Positions 38,199 through 48,579 of a stretch of 64,000 nt of DNA are shown piece after piece; the first letter of the stretch is position 1; each line of letters starts with the position of its first letter. The stretch is from an uncultured Candidatus Saccharibacteria bacterium (GTDB lineage: Bacteria; Patescibacteriota; Doudnabacteria; UBA920; O2-02-FULL-48-8). The notes under the pieces were generated by a model. It worked only from the letters and a program-made list of their open reading frames with translations, was not told the origin of the DNA and searched no databases. The position numbers were made by a program, and so were the translations under genes. The stretch spans positions 639,157-703,156 of the forward strand of contig CAZSDS010000001.1 in the NCBI GenBank assembly GCA_964605735.1, given 5' to 3'.

Positions 38199-40922
38199 TT
38201 AAATTTTCTCCATCTCCAGCCAGTTCTGACCGATTTTTGCCTCAGCCACAATTGGCACTTTCAATTTATAAACCGACTCCATTATTTCTTTAATTTTTTT
38301 TACACACTCTTTTTCTTTGCCTTTTTTTATTTCAAAAACAAGTTCGTCATGGACCTGCAGCAACATCCGGCAATCCTCATCCAGGACCTTGTTTTGAATT
38401 TCAATCATGGCCATTTTGATGATGTCAGCGCTTAAGGACTGGATAGGCATATTGAAGGCGGCTCGCTCAGCGGCTGACCTAACGGCAAAATTGGAAGCAT
38501 TGATCTCGGGAAAATACCTGATCCGGCCAAGTGCGTTTGTCACGTAACCGTCACGGTGGACTTTTTCAATGGTGTCGTCGATATATTTTTTAAGCTTGGC
38601 GAAAACCTGGTAATAGCGGCGGATGAAATCACTGGCTTCCCCATGCCCCATCTCTGTTCTGGAAGACAAGCCGAAAGCAGACACGCCATACAGCACGCTG
38701 AAGTTGATGGTTTTGGCGTCCCGCCTTTGTTCAAAAGTGACGTTCGACTCCATGGTGTTGAAAATCCTGGCCGCAGTTGCCATATGGAAGTCTTTGCCCG
38801 ATTTGAAAATCTTAACCATTTCCGGATCACCGGAAACAGAGGCTGCGATCCTCAGCTCGATTTGCGAATAGTCGATCGAGGCCAGGACAAAACCCGGTTG
38901 GGCAACAAAACCCTTTCTGATGGCACGCCCTGTTTCTGTCCTGATAGGGATGTTTTGCAAATTAGGGTCAATGGACGACAACCGGCCAGTCGCTGCAATA
39001 GTCTGGTTGTATGTGGTGTGCAAACGCTTGTCGAGTTCAGATACCAGCTCAGGAAGAGCATCCAAATATGTTGACTTAAGTTTGGTCAGCTCACGGTACT
39101 CAAAAATCAAGTCAATAACCGGGTGAAGGCCGCGTAATTTTTCCAGCTCCCCAGCCGCCGTAGACAAACCGCCGTTTTTCCCGCGCTTGCGGAGCTCTGT
39201 TGTTGGAATCTGAAGCTTGTCGAACAATGCTTCACGCAACTGCGCCGGAGAAGAAATATTAAACTCATGGCCGACGAGTTTATGAATCTTCTTTTCCAGC
39301 TCTTTGATTTTTTTGCCCGTTTTCTGGCTTAACGATTTCAAATATTTGATGTCCAGCTGTACCCCGTATTCCTCCATTTGCATCAGCACCGGAATCAGCG
39401 GCATTTCAATTTCTTCAAAAATCTTTGTCAGTTTCTTTTCCTTCAACCGGTTTTCCAGCACAGGCTTAAGACGCAAGCTGGTTTCAGCGTCTTCACAACC
39501 ATAAAGACAAACTTCCTTTAAAGGAACTTTTTCAAAAGGAATTACCTCTTTGGGTTTCCCCTCGTAACCAGTCAGTGTATAGCGGCGCATGCCGTATTGT
39601 GCAAACCCAAGCGACTCTACATCATATGAGCGCTGGCCCGGGTTATTAAGGTAAGCCGCAATGTTCGTATCAAAGCTGAACGGGCGCAAATTAATCCCGT
39701 ATTTTTTCAGAACCAAAGCATCTGTCTTCAGCTCGTTCCCCCATTTTTCTATTTTGGGGTTTTCCAAAACACCCTTAAGCGCACCCAACGCATTAAGCTC
39801 CTTGTGCTGGTACACCGGTATGTAATAGGCTTCACCCTCTGCCACGGCAACCGACAAACCAACCAGCTCTGCATCAACTGGCCGGCCTACCGTAGTCACA
39901 GTGTCAATGGAAATGGCTTTTTTCTTTTCCAGCAGTTTTATTAAATCCTCCAGCTTTTCAACTGTATCAACCAGCTCAAATCTTTCATCACCAGCTTTCT
40001 GTTTAATAACCTTTTCTGCTTTTACTGTGGTCTTGGGAAGTTTGTCTATCAGCGATTTTATTCCCATCTCCTGGAAAAGTTCAATAACCTGAGACTGGTC
40101 ATAGTCGCCGAGCATGGTCCTCTCCAACGAAAATTCGTCAAATTTATAGTTTTCACAATCAATCAAAGCAAGCTTGCGCGACAAGAATGCGTAGTGCTTT
40201 CCTTCTGAAAGTTTTTTCAACACACTGGCTTTGATTTCCGGATCATTCTTTTCAACCGCTGTGTAAAGTTTTTCAATATTTTTGTATCTTTGTATCAGGT
40301 CGATTGCGGTTTTCTCCCCTATTCCAGCAACGCCTGGAATATTGTCTGAGGCATCACCCTTCAGCGCCTTGTACTCCACCCACTGGCCAGGCGTCAAGCC
40401 ATATTCACTTTTCATCATAGCCTTGTCATATACAACAAAATCAGTGATGCCGGTCTTAAGCCGGTAAACCACAGTGTTGTCGTTGATCAGTTGTAGCAAA
40501 TCCATGTCGCCGGTCAGGATGATGTTCAAAACATCATTGGGAGTTTTTCGGGTAATAATGCCAAGGATGTCATCAGCTTCATACCCGGGCTTGGAGTATA
40601 TGGGAATATTCATTGCCGTCAGAATTTCCTTGACTTTGGGCTCCTGCAAAAGCAAGTCATCATGCGGCGGCTTCCGGTGAGCCTTGTAATCGCCGGTCAA
40701 TTTGTGGCGGAAGGTTTCACCCCCTAAATCAAAAGCCACCAAAACATAGGTTGGTTTTATTTTTTCCAAAGCGCGGAGAAAAATCGAAAAGAAACCAAAA
40801 ACAGCGCCGGTTGGAAACCCGTCTTTGTTGGTCAGGCCTGGCAGCGCGTGAAAAGCCCGGTGCAACAGCGCATGGCCGTCAACTAACAGCATTTTTTGCT
40901 TGAATTCTTTGGCAGTTGGCAT
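38199..40922 (-). CDS. polA: DNA polymerase I
   Basis: 5'-3' exo (LVDGH..LHRAFHA, EADD, GD.SDNIPG) and pol motifs TGRLSS.DPNLQNIP, DYSQIELR, VHDE. Confidence 0.97.
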   Translation of the reverse strand: MPTAKEFKQKMLLVDGHALLHRAFHALPGLTNKDGFPTGAVFGFFSIFLRALEKIKPTYVLVAFDLGGETFRHKLTGDYKAHRKPPHDDLLLQEPKVKEILTAMNIPIYSKPGYEADDILGIITRKTPNDVLNIILTGDMDLLQLINDNTVVYRLKTGITDFVVYDKAMMKSEYGLTPGQWVEYKALKGDASDNIPGVAGIGEKTAIDLIQRYKNIEKLYTAVEKNDPEIKASVLKKLSEGKHYAFLSRKLALIDCENYKFDEFSLERTMLGDYDQSQVIELFQEMGIKSLIDKLPKTTVKAEKVIKQKAGDERFELVDTVEKLEDLIKLLEKKKAISIDTVTTVGRPVDAELVGLSVAVAEGEAYYIPVYQHKELNALGALKGVLENPKIEKWGNELKTDALVLKKYGINLRPFSFDTNIAAYLNNPGQRSYDVESLGFAQYGMRRYTLTGYEGKPKEVIPFEKVPLKEVCLYGCEDAETSLRLKPVLENRLKEKKLTKIFEEIEMPLIPVLMQMEEYGVQLDIKYLKSLSQKTGKKIKELEKKIHKLVGHEFNISSPAQLREALFDKLQIPTTELRKRGKNGGLSTAAGELEKLRGLHPVIDLIFEYRELTKLKSTYLDALPELVSELDKRLHTTYNQTIAATGRLSSIDPNLQNIPIRTETGRAIRKGFVAQPGFVLASIDYSQIELRIAASVSGDPEMVKIFKSGKDFHMATAARIFNTMESNVTFEQRRDAKTINFSVLYGVSAFGLSSRTEMGHGEASDFIRRYYQVFAKLKKYIDDTIEKVHRDGYVTNALGRIRYFPEINASNFAVRSAAERAAFNMPIQSLSADIIKMAMIEIQNKVLDEDCRMLLQVHDELVFEIKKGKEKECVKKIKEIMESVYKLKVPIVAEAKIGQNWLEMEKI

Positions 40923-40978
40923 GAGGGCATAATACCAAAAAATCGCCCTTACGGCGATTTTGGAAACCTGTGTTGTTA

Positions 40979-42628
40979 TTATTCTTCAGTGACCCTGAAA
41001 ACTTCAGCCACATCAGTGACCCCGGCTAGCGCCTTGACTATCCCATCCTGCGCCATGGTTAACATTCCTTCTTTAATGGCCTGGTTTCTTATTTCTGTGG
41101 TTACAGCTTCTTTTTGGATCAACTTTTCTATAGCTTCGCTCATTGTGAAAATTTCATACACCCCAATGCGCCCGCGGTACCCCAGTCCATTGCACAAAGA
41201 ACAGCCGGGACTGTGGTAAAACTTCAGCTGATTAGGCAGGCTGATTTTTGCGGAAGCCGGGATGGCTTTCAGAATCATTTCGATTCGCGCCATAACCTTT
41301 TTGTCCGGGACCATTTCCTGTTTGCAGGACTGACAAATTTTCCTGACCAGGCGCTGGGCAATAATCGCATTGATGGCCGGAGCCAGAATAAAAGGCTTTA
41401 CCCCAATGTCCAACAGCCTTGGCAAAGCCGAAGCCGCATCATTGGTGTGCAAGGTTGAAAGGACAATATGCCCGGTCAGCGCTGCTTGCGCCGCTGTTTC
41501 TGCGGTTTCCAAATCCCGCATTTCTCCCACCATGACTATGTCAGGATCCTGGCGGAGGATCGCGCGCAGCCCCGCAGCAAACGTCAACCCTGCGCTGGTG
41601 TCAATCGGCGTCTGGGTCAGTCCGGCGATTTTATACTCCACCGGATCCTCCAGCGTAATAATTTTTACTCCAGGTTCATTCAATTTGTTTAAAATCGCGT
41701 ACAAGGTGGTGGTTTTGCCGGAACCAGTCGGACCAGTCGTCAAAATCATGCCGTTTGGTTTCTGCAATTCTCTTTCCAGGCGCTCCAAAGCCATACCTGA
41801 AATTCCCAATTCTTCGAAACGCAAAGATCCTTTGTCCTGGCGCAGGATACGCATAACCACTGACTCGCCAAAAGCAGAAGGCAGAATTGATACGCGGATG
41901 TCAGTTTGGCTTTTGTTGTATTCCAAGCTGAAACTTCCGTCCTGAGGAGTTGTGACAATATTCAGCTTAAGTTTGGATAAAATTTTCACGCGTGAAATAA
42001 TCTGCTGGTGCAAATTTTTTGGAAGTATGGTTATGTCCTGCAAAACACCATCTATGCGGAATCGCAATTTTATTCCTGCTGGCTCAGGCTCCAAGTGTAT
42101 GTCTGAAGAATTAAGCCCGAGCGCCGCCTTAAGCATCTTCTCAATCAATTCAGTGGTACTGACGTGCTGAAGCTGGTCGCCCAGATCCCTCAAGGATTTG
42201 ATTTTGCTTACATCAATGTCCGCACCCTCTATGCTGATTTTTTCTTCCCGGCGGTGAGTTTCCACCACCTGGCCGTAACCTTCGATAAAATGAACCAAAC
42301 TGCTTTTGGAAATTTGGTAGATTTCTATAAAATAACTTTGCGATTTCAGTTTTTTTACAAAAACGTCAATTGCAGGCGATGGTTCTATTAGTCCGAGTTT
42401 TAAATTCCTTCCTTCTTTGAAAAACGCAACAAGGCCCAGCTCCACCGCCACCACCCTGGGGACGACGTTTAAAGCTGAGGGGTCAACTGGAAACCCGTAA
42501 AGATTCATGTACGGCAGTTTATTTGCTTTTGCTTTTCTTTGGGTTTCTTCTTCTTCGAATTTTCGGTCGAGCTGGTTGAAAACCTGGTTTAACTTAAGGT
42601 CTCTTTCAGCCCCGGTCATTATGGCCAT
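40979..42628 (-). CDS. Type IV pilus/T2SS assembly ATPase (PilB/GspE family)
   Basis: SDIHLEP, GPTGSGKTTT, EDPVE, LRQDPD..MVGEMRD, TGH.VLSTLH, CxxC pairs. Confidence 0.93.
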   Translation of the reverse strand: MAIMTGAERDLKLNQVFNQLDRKFEEEETQRKAKANKLPYMNLYGFPVDPSALNVVPRVVAVELGLVAFFKEGRNLKLGLIEPSPAIDVFVKKLKSQSYFIEIYQISKSSLVHFIEGYGQVVETHRREEKISIEGADIDVSKIKSLRDLGDQLQHVSTTELIEKMLKAALGLNSSDIHLEPEPAGIKLRFRIDGVLQDITILPKNLHQQIISRVKILSKLKLNIVTTPQDGSFSLEYNKSQTDIRVSILPSAFGESVVMRILRQDKGSLRFEELGISGMALERLERELQKPNGMILTTGPTGSGKTTTLYAILNKLNEPGVKIITLEDPVEYKIAGLTQTPIDTSAGLTFAAGLRAILRQDPDIVMVGEMRDLETAETAAQAALTGHIVLSTLHTNDAASALPRLLDIGVKPFILAPAINAIIAQRLVRKICQSCKQEMVPDKKVMARIEMILKAIPASAKISLPNQLKFYHSPGCSLCNGLGYRGRIGVYEIFTMSEAIEKLIQKEAVTTEIRNQAIKEGMLTMAQDGIVKALAGVTDVAEVFRVTEE

Positions 42629-42691
42629 AATAGAGTTTTAGCTCTTAAATTATACCACAAATTGACATAAAAAACCGGGTGTAAGTATATA

Positions 42692-43831
42692 TTAGGATAA
42701 TTTGGAAGCTTCTTTTCTGATTACATCCAAAACTTTTTGCTCAGTGTCCTGCAGAGAAGCTTTAACCTTGAAGGTCGTTGATTGCGGCTGAATGTTTTCA
42801 GGACTGTACTCGTTGAACAAATCAGGCAGGTTTAACACTGCTGGCGCTGACATGTAAACCTCTGTAAGATCTTCGCTGACTTCCCGGAAAAAGATGTGAA
42901 TCTTTGCAAAACCAAGCTGAAGATTCATTTCCTTGAGCACTGCCATCACGTCTTCCTGAGACGCTCCAGACTTTTCAATATCCATCCTGTTCACCCCAGA
43001 GTGCGCAATCATGTTCTCCGGCTCGTGTTTGATTCGGGCGAGCACCCTCCCCCACAATTTCAGGAAGCCCAAGCTCTTGCTCTTGAATAATTTATTGACG
43101 ATATCCTGCTGGTCCGCGCCCAATCCAACCAGTTGTGAAGCTTTTAAGAAAGCCTGTGGGCTTGTCCTGCTGTGCTGGAAGCTGTTTGTTTCGGCAATAA
43201 TTCCGGTAAGCAAGGTTGTCGCTATGTTTTGGGTAACCAACCCGCGGTCCATCTCACTGATCAAGTCAAAAACTATTTCCGAATTGCTCGTGGCTGTCAG
43301 CTCAACCAAATTGAACTGCCCAAACCCTTGGTTTGATCCGCGAAAATCAATGTTCAGAATCGGCGTTTCAAAAAACAAATCAGCATACTTTTCATAAAGC
43401 GAACCAAGCGCCGCCAAATTCCCCACTCCAACAGTAATGATCAAGTCGTGCGGATATTTTGAGGTCCGAAAACTGACATCCGATTCCTCAAATTGTCCGG
43501 ATTTTGGTTTCAGATAAATAGAAAGCTTGTCTCTGGTTTTTTTGTAACTCAATTCAGCAGCCTGCGTCTTTTTGGTTGAAACATCAATGACAAAACCTTT
43601 GCTCAGATTCAGTTCTCTTTGGATCTGGTCATAGCCTGGCAGGAAACTTACCCGCGGATTGAGGTTGCCGTCAGCAGAGACGATAACAACATTCTTTTCC
43701 ATGCGCTTAAGGTATCCATATAAAGCCAACCCGGCGGAAACCACATCAGGGCTGGGAATCGGAGACAACAGAACTAAAACACTGCTGACATTCTTCAGTT
43801 TTTCGGCAACCTGCTTAAAATTTTCGGGCAT
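42692..43831 (-). CDS. Degenerate DHH/NrnA-like phosphoesterase
   Basis: Fold motifs present (N..FG..NLV...A.S.SE, LL.GI...T.SF) but DHH replaced by DFR. Confidence 0.75.
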   Translation of the reverse strand: MPENFKQVAEKLKNVSSVLVLLSPIPSPDVVSAGLALYGYLKRMEKNVVIVSADGNLNPRVSFLPGYDQIQRELNLSKGFVIDVSTKKTQAAELSYKKTRDKLSIYLKPKSGQFEESDVSFRTSKYPHDLIITVGVGNLAALGSLYEKYADLFFETPILNIDFRGSNQGFGQFNLVELTATSNSEIVFDLISEMDRGLVTQNIATTLLTGIIAETNSFQHSRTSPQAFLKASQLVGLGADQQDIVNKLFKSKSLGFLKLWGRVLARIKHEPENMIAHSGVNRMDIEKSGASQEDVMAVLKEMNLQLGFAKIHIFFREVSEDLTEVYMSAPAVLNLPDLFNEYSPENIQPQSTTFKVKASLQDTEQKVLDVIRKEASKLS

Positions 43832-43959
43832 TTATTAAGCTCAATTTGAATTTAATTTTCATAGTAATATATCGAAAACAGGTACTTACGTCAACCCTGG
43901 GGTACCTGAGACTTTAAAACTCGACTTTTCGCCCCACAAATGGTAGAATTCACTAACAA

Positions 43960-44388
43960 ATGCAGTACACGAACCTCACGTTGGCAGGTGTTAAAAAGCT
44001 GGCGGTTTCTTTAAGAAAACCGGATAAACTTAGGTCAAAACCACCAAGGATATTCGGACTGACAGGACCCTTAGGCGCCGGGAAGACGACTTTTACCAAA
44101 TCTCTTGCAGAAACCATAGGTATAAAAAACGCCAAAAGCCCAACCTTTACCATTGTTCATTGTTACGAAGGGCCTGAAAAATCGTTATATCATATAGATC
44201 TGTACCGGCTGGAAAACGAAAAAGAATTAGCCTCGCTTGGCTTGGAAGAAATACTTGAAGACGAAGGCAATTTGGTAGCCATAGAATGGGTGGACAAATT
44301 CCCTAAACTGATGGACCAGTGCGATTGTTTGCTGAATTTTGAAATCACCAAAGACAATAAAAGAAATGTCACTGTCACGCATAATTAA
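43960..44388 (+). CDS. tsaE: tRNA threonylcarbamoyladenosine biosynthesis ATPase TsaE
   Basis: GPLGAGKTTF, SPTF, YHIDLYRL, IEW. Confidence 0.95.
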   Translation: MQYTNLTLAGVKKLAVSLRKPDKLRSKPPRIFGLTGPLGAGKTTFTKSLAETIGIKNAKSPTFTIVHCYEGPEKSLYHIDLYRLENEKELASLGLEEILEDEGNLVAIEWVDKFPKLMDQCDCLLNFEITKDNKRNVTVTHN

Positions 44389-45592
44389 ATTTGCCGGGGT
44401 TACAACCTTCCTCATTTTGCCATTTACGGCTGATGGGGCTGAGTTAAAGTTTGCAGACCAAACCTGGGAGGTGGAGCCTCGAGTCGGCGTCACCCAGCAG
44501 GCATATATTGTGCGCAATGACTTTGACCTGAAAACTTTTGTGAGGCAGTCTTTCACCAGCAAGCCCTACTCAACCACTGCCCGCTCTCTGGACGCTGAAA
44601 CAATCAAGACTCTGGAAGAAATTGCTGATGAGCTGAATCAGGAAAACAAACCAGCCAAACTTGTCATTGAAGGCAACTTCGCCAAAGAGTTTGAACCCGG
44701 CCAAGATGGACAATCTGTTGATGTTTACCGCGCCTATAAGATGCTGGGCGCTGGAGAGGACAGAATAAGCCTTCCTGTTTTGGTTTCAAAATCCAACAGC
44801 TCGCTTTCCGCAACAAACAATTTGGGAATCAATGAACTGATTGCAACCGGAGAATCAGATTTTGCCGGCTCTCCTAGAAACAGGCGGGTTAACATAGCTG
44901 TGGGAACAAGCCGTTATCAAGGACTAATCCTCAAACCTGGCGAAGAATTTTCTTTCAATAAATTTTTGGGAGACGTGGACGCTGAACACGGGTTTTTGCC
45001 AGAGCTTGTTATCAAGCGAACAGGCACTGTGCCTGAATTCGGCGGAGGTTTATGCCAGGTCTCTTCAACAGTATTCCGAGCAGCAATGAAAGCCGGCCTG
45101 CCTATTGTTGAGCGCCGCAACCACTCGTATGCGGTAAAATATTATGCCCCGCAGGGCACCGACGCCACGATCTACCCAGGCGTAACTGATTTCAGGTTTA
45201 CAAATGATTTATCAAGCCATCTTTTGATTAGAACCCGAATCGAAGGCGACAAGCTTTACTTTGACTTTTATGGCACCAAAGACGACCGTAAGGTTGTTCT
45301 GGACGACCCATATTCATATGATAAAAAGGCCAACGGCGCCATGAAGGCAACCTGGTCCAGGACTGTCACCAAAGACGGCAAAGAAAGCAAGCAAACGTTC
45401 AACAGCAACTACCAGCCGCCTGCATTGTTCCAGGTCGCAACTCAGGCCAGCACCCCAAACCCTGAATCAAACCCAAACACCACCAACCCAAACCCGGCGC
45501 CATCTGACCCAAACAATCCAAACCCAGCACCAAACCCTAGCCCAGAAACTCCAACCGAAACACCAACCCCTAACCCAACTCCTTCCGCTTAA
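44366..45592 (+). CDS. VanW-family protein with Pro/Asn/Thr-rich tail
   Basis: [30 protein letters not shown]. Confidence 0.9.
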   Translation: MSLSRIIKFAGVTTFLILPFTADGAELKFADQTWEVEPRVGVTQQAYIVRNDFDLKTFVRQSFTSKPYSTTARSLDAETIKTLEEIADELNQENKPAKLVIEGNFAKEFEPGQDGQSVDVYRAYKMLGAGEDRISLPVLVSKSNSSLSATNNLGINELIATGESDFAGSPRNRRVNIAVGTSRYQGLILKPGEEFSFNKFLGDVDAEHGFLPELVIKRTGTVPEFGGGLCQVSSTVFRAAMKAGLPIVERRNHSYAVKYYAPQGTDATIYPGVTDFRFTNDLSSHLLIRTRIEGDKLYFDFYGTKDDRKVVLDDPYSYDKKANGAMKATWSRTVTKDGKESKQTFNSNYQPPALFQVATQASTPNPESNPNTTNPNPAPSDPNNPNPAPNPSPETPTETPTPNPTPSA

Positions 45593-45615
45593 TACCTGGT
45601 TTTATCCAAACAAAA

Positions 45616-46659
45616 ATGATCAACAAAGACGTCACTTCTGACGAAGAACTGAATATCACCAGCCCATCCAAGTCTTCAGAAGAGACGTTTTTTGAAGCAA
45701 CCCTGCGTCCGCAAAAACTGGATGATTACGTAGGACAGCAGAAGATAAAAGAGAACCTACAGATTTTTATTGACGCGGCTAAGCAAAGGAAAGAGACCTT
45801 AGAACATATTTTGCTCTACGGCCCTCCGGGTTTGGGCAAAACAACTCTGGCGCATATCATCGCTAAAGAAGTGGGTGCAAACATTAAGATCACCTCTGGT
45901 CCGGCCATTGAAAAAGCCGGAGACCTCGCTTCTCTCCTATCCAATCTGGAACAGGGAGATTTCTTGTTTATTGACGAAATTCACAGGTTGAACAAAACCA
46001 TTGAAGAGGTTTTGTATCCGGCAATGGAAGATTATGCCTTGGATATTGTGCTTGGTAAAGGCGTTGGTGCAAAGGCGTTGCGCATAGATTTGCCTAAATT
46101 CACTTTAATAGGCGCGACCACGAGAATTGGTTTGCTCTCTCACCCACTGCGCGACCGTTTTGGCATGACTTACCGTTTGGACTACTATGAAGACGAAGAA
46201 ATCCAAAAGATAATTGAACGTGCAGGAAAAATTTTGAGCATTGAAATGGATGATGAAGGCAAGCAAGAAATCGCCACCCGCTCACGTAAGACTCCGCGTA
46301 TTGCCAATCGCTTGCTTAAACGCGTTCGGGATTATGCCCAGATAAAATCCAACGGCGTGATCGACAAAAAAGTTGCTGACCAGGCACTGAACATGCTTGA
46401 GGTTGACCATTTGGGGCTGGATGGAAATGACCGCCGAATACTTTCAGCTTTGATTGAGAAATTTAACGGCGGGCCGGTTGGAATTTCTTCAATTGCCGCG
46501 GCAACTTCAGAAGACCCGGGCACAGTTGAAGATATTTACGAGCCGTATTTACTAAGATTGGGTTTGATTGCGCGAACCCCTAAAGGCAGAATTGCCACAC
46601 AGCTTGCCTATGAGCACTTGGGAATCAAACAGGCAACCAAAAATCAAACTTTGTTATAG
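45616..46659 (+). CDS. ruvB: Holliday junction branch migration ATPase RuvB
   Basis: [39 protein letters not shown]. Confidence 0.98.
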   Translation: MINKDVTSDEELNITSPSKSSEETFFEATLRPQKLDDYVGQQKIKENLQIFIDAAKQRKETLEHILLYGPPGLGKTTLAHIIAKEVGANIKITSGPAIEKAGDLASLLSNLEQGDFLFIDEIHRLNKTIEEVLYPAMEDYALDIVLGKGVGAKALRIDLPKFTLIGATTRIGLLSHPLRDRFGMTYRLDYYEDEEIQKIIERAGKILSIEMDDEGKQEIATRSRKTPRIANRLLKRVRDYAQIKSNGVIDKKVADQALNMLEVDHLGLDGNDRRILSALIEKFNGGPVGISSIAAATSEDPGTVEDIYEPYLLRLGLIARTPKGRIATQLAYEHLGIKQATKNQTLL

Positions 46660-46710
46660 AACCGCAAGCAATATTGCGGTTTTTTATTTGTCCCGATAAA
46701 ATAATTGCAT

Positions 46711-46914
46711 ATGGAAGTCTATATAAAATTGGCGGCACAAATCCTTTTTGGTCTTGGAACCTTGTTTTTTGTGATATACAGCATAGTCGGAATGTACACC
46801 CTTAACACTTATTCCAAATCCAAAACCGTTGCCTCCACTGTAAGCATGGTCTATGGGGCGGCCGTAATTGGGCTTTTGTCCTGGGGTTTTACCGTGATAC
46901 TAAATATTCAATAA
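46711..46914 (+). CDS. Small two-TM membrane protein
   Basis: Hydrophobic ORF, TAATG coupling to next gene. Confidence 0.65.
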   Translation: MEVYIKLAAQILFGLGTLFFVIYSIVGMYTLNTYSKSKTVASTVSMVYGAAVIGLLSWGFTVILNIQ

Positions 46915-47477
46915 TGGAAACCAAAAACAAAATTTTATTTCCGGGCCAACAGCCGGATGAACGCGTCTGTTTGGTGTTCAGACAACACTGGGCAGTACTG
47001 GTCATGAAACTGCCGCTGTGGTTTATAATGTTGATTGTTTACCTTGTGTTCGACTATTTGGCATATTCGTATTTCCCAGGGGTTATTGACGCATCATTTT
47101 CCCCCCTTATCGAGGTTTTTCGGATCGTTTATCTAATGTTCCTGGCTCTTGGTTTGTTTATAATCTTTACCCTGTACTATCTGAATTTTCATGTGATTAC
47201 AAACGAGCGGATCGTGGACATTGAACAAAAAAGTTTACTGCACCACACCATCTCCGAACTTCATTTGGAACAAATCCAAGACGTGACTGCAGAAGTGCAC
47301 GGCCTGCTGGAAAATATTCTGGATTATGGCGATGTTTTTATTCAAACCGCCGGAGAAACAAACAGGTTTAAATTCGACAAAATCCCCAACCCCACGAAAG
47401 TCACCAAACTCGTCCTGGATTTATATGAACAGCTTCCTGAACAACAAAAACAGCAATACAAAAACCGCCCATCGTAA
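46914..47477 (+). CDS. Bacterial PH (bPH_2) domain membrane protein
   Basis: R.HW, two TMs, ITNERIVD..Q, IQDV, YGDV.IQTAG, F..IPNP. Confidence 0.85.
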   Translation: METKNKILFPGQQPDERVCLVFRQHWAVLVMKLPLWFIMLIVYLVFDYLAYSYFPGVIDASFSPLIEVFRIVYLMFLALGLFIIFTLYYLNFHVITNERIVDIEQKSLLHHTISELHLEQIQDVTAEVHGLLENILDYGDVFIQTAGETNRFKFDKIPNPTKVTKLVLDLYEQLPEQQKQQYKNRPS

Positions 47478-47485
47478 GGGCGGTT

Positions 47486-48559
47486 TTAAATACCGGTTAC
47501 CAGCTGGTTTTCCTCAGTTCGAAAAATCCTGGCGTGTGGCGTTATTTTTTCAGTACTGTACGCGTCCGTGGTTGTAATAAAAATCTGATGACCTTCCAAG
47601 CTGTTTAATAATCTTTCCCTACGCGTTTCATCCAGTTCTGAAAACACATCATCAAGCAGGATCAGGGGTTTTTCCTCCCCAATAGTCAGATAACTGGCTT
47701 GTAATAATTTCATCGCGAGAATCTGGGCTCTTAGCTCCCCTCTTGAGGAGTTATAAATATTAAGCTCGCCGTCTTTGTAGATACTGAAGTCGTCCCTGTG
47801 GGGCCCAAACAGATTTTGCGTGCTTCTAACCTCCGCGTCCTGGTATTCGCGCAGGCGGGACAAAAACAAATCCTGGTCAAATTCCTCTGGGATTCCCTTA
47901 TATTCAACCTTAAACCGGGCCGGTATCCCGGTCAGCTTGTCGTACATCTCCGTAAACCGATCATCCATGTACGTTAAAAAGTCACGCCTGACATGGCTTA
48001 AACGAACTGATATTTCCGCCAACTGAATATCCCAAAAATCCAGCTGGTCGCGCGCGGCTTCCCCTGACAAAATACTTTTTAATAAAGCCGCGCGCTGTTT
48101 TAAAACGTGCTCCAAACCGGAAATATCTGCGGCATAAGCCGGATCAAACTGCCCGAGCGTTTCGTCTAAATACTTTCGTCTGGCACTTGGTCCTAAAATA
48201 AATAAATTCAGGTCATTTGGAATAAACAACACTGCTTTAAAAGTCCGCCAGTGCAACCTTTTGACTTTCTGGTCGTCAATTTTATAACCGCGCCTGAGCA
48301 CTGGATTAACCTGAACCACAGCTTCAAGTTTTTTCTCGTCCGCAAACCCGACAATTTTAAAATAATCCTCTTGAGTGTTTACAAGAAGATTATCTGGCGC
48401 GCGAAACGATTTCAAATAAGCTAAAAAGTAGATACCTTCAATGAAATTGGTTTTTCCTGACGCATTGTTTCCAACTATCACAACCAAATCATTGTCCGTA
48501 TCCACCTCTAACCGCTTATAGTTTCGGTAATTTTCCAAATACACTGACTTTAAACGCAT
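47486..48559 (-). CDS. recF: DNA replication/repair protein RecF
   Basis: NYRNY, GNNASGKTN, GPHRDD, LLDDVFSELD; follows dnaN. Confidence 0.95.
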   Translation of the reverse strand: MRLKSVYLENYRNYKRLEVDTDNDLVVIVGNNASGKTNFIEGIYFLAYLKSFRAPDNLLVNTQEDYFKIVGFADEKKLEAVVQVNPVLRRGYKIDDQKVKRLHWRTFKAVLFIPNDLNLFILGPSARRKYLDETLGQFDPAYAADISGLEHVLKQRAALLKSILSGEAARDQLDFWDIQLAEISVRLSHVRRDFLTYMDDRFTEMYDKLTGIPARFKVEYKGIPEEFDQDLFLSRLREYQDAEVRSTQNLFGPHRDDFSIYKDGELNIYNSSRGELRAQILAMKLLQASYLTIGEEKPLILLDDVFSELDETRRERLLNSLEGHQIFITTTDAYSTEKITPHARIFRTEENQLVTGI

Positions 48560-48579
48560 TGGATTTTACCCGTCCCTTA

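Noticed and set aside
45452-45590. CCAAACCC-like repeats resembling an array
   Set aside because: They encode the Pro/Asn/Thr low-complexity tail of VanW; there is no spacer structure, so not CRISPR
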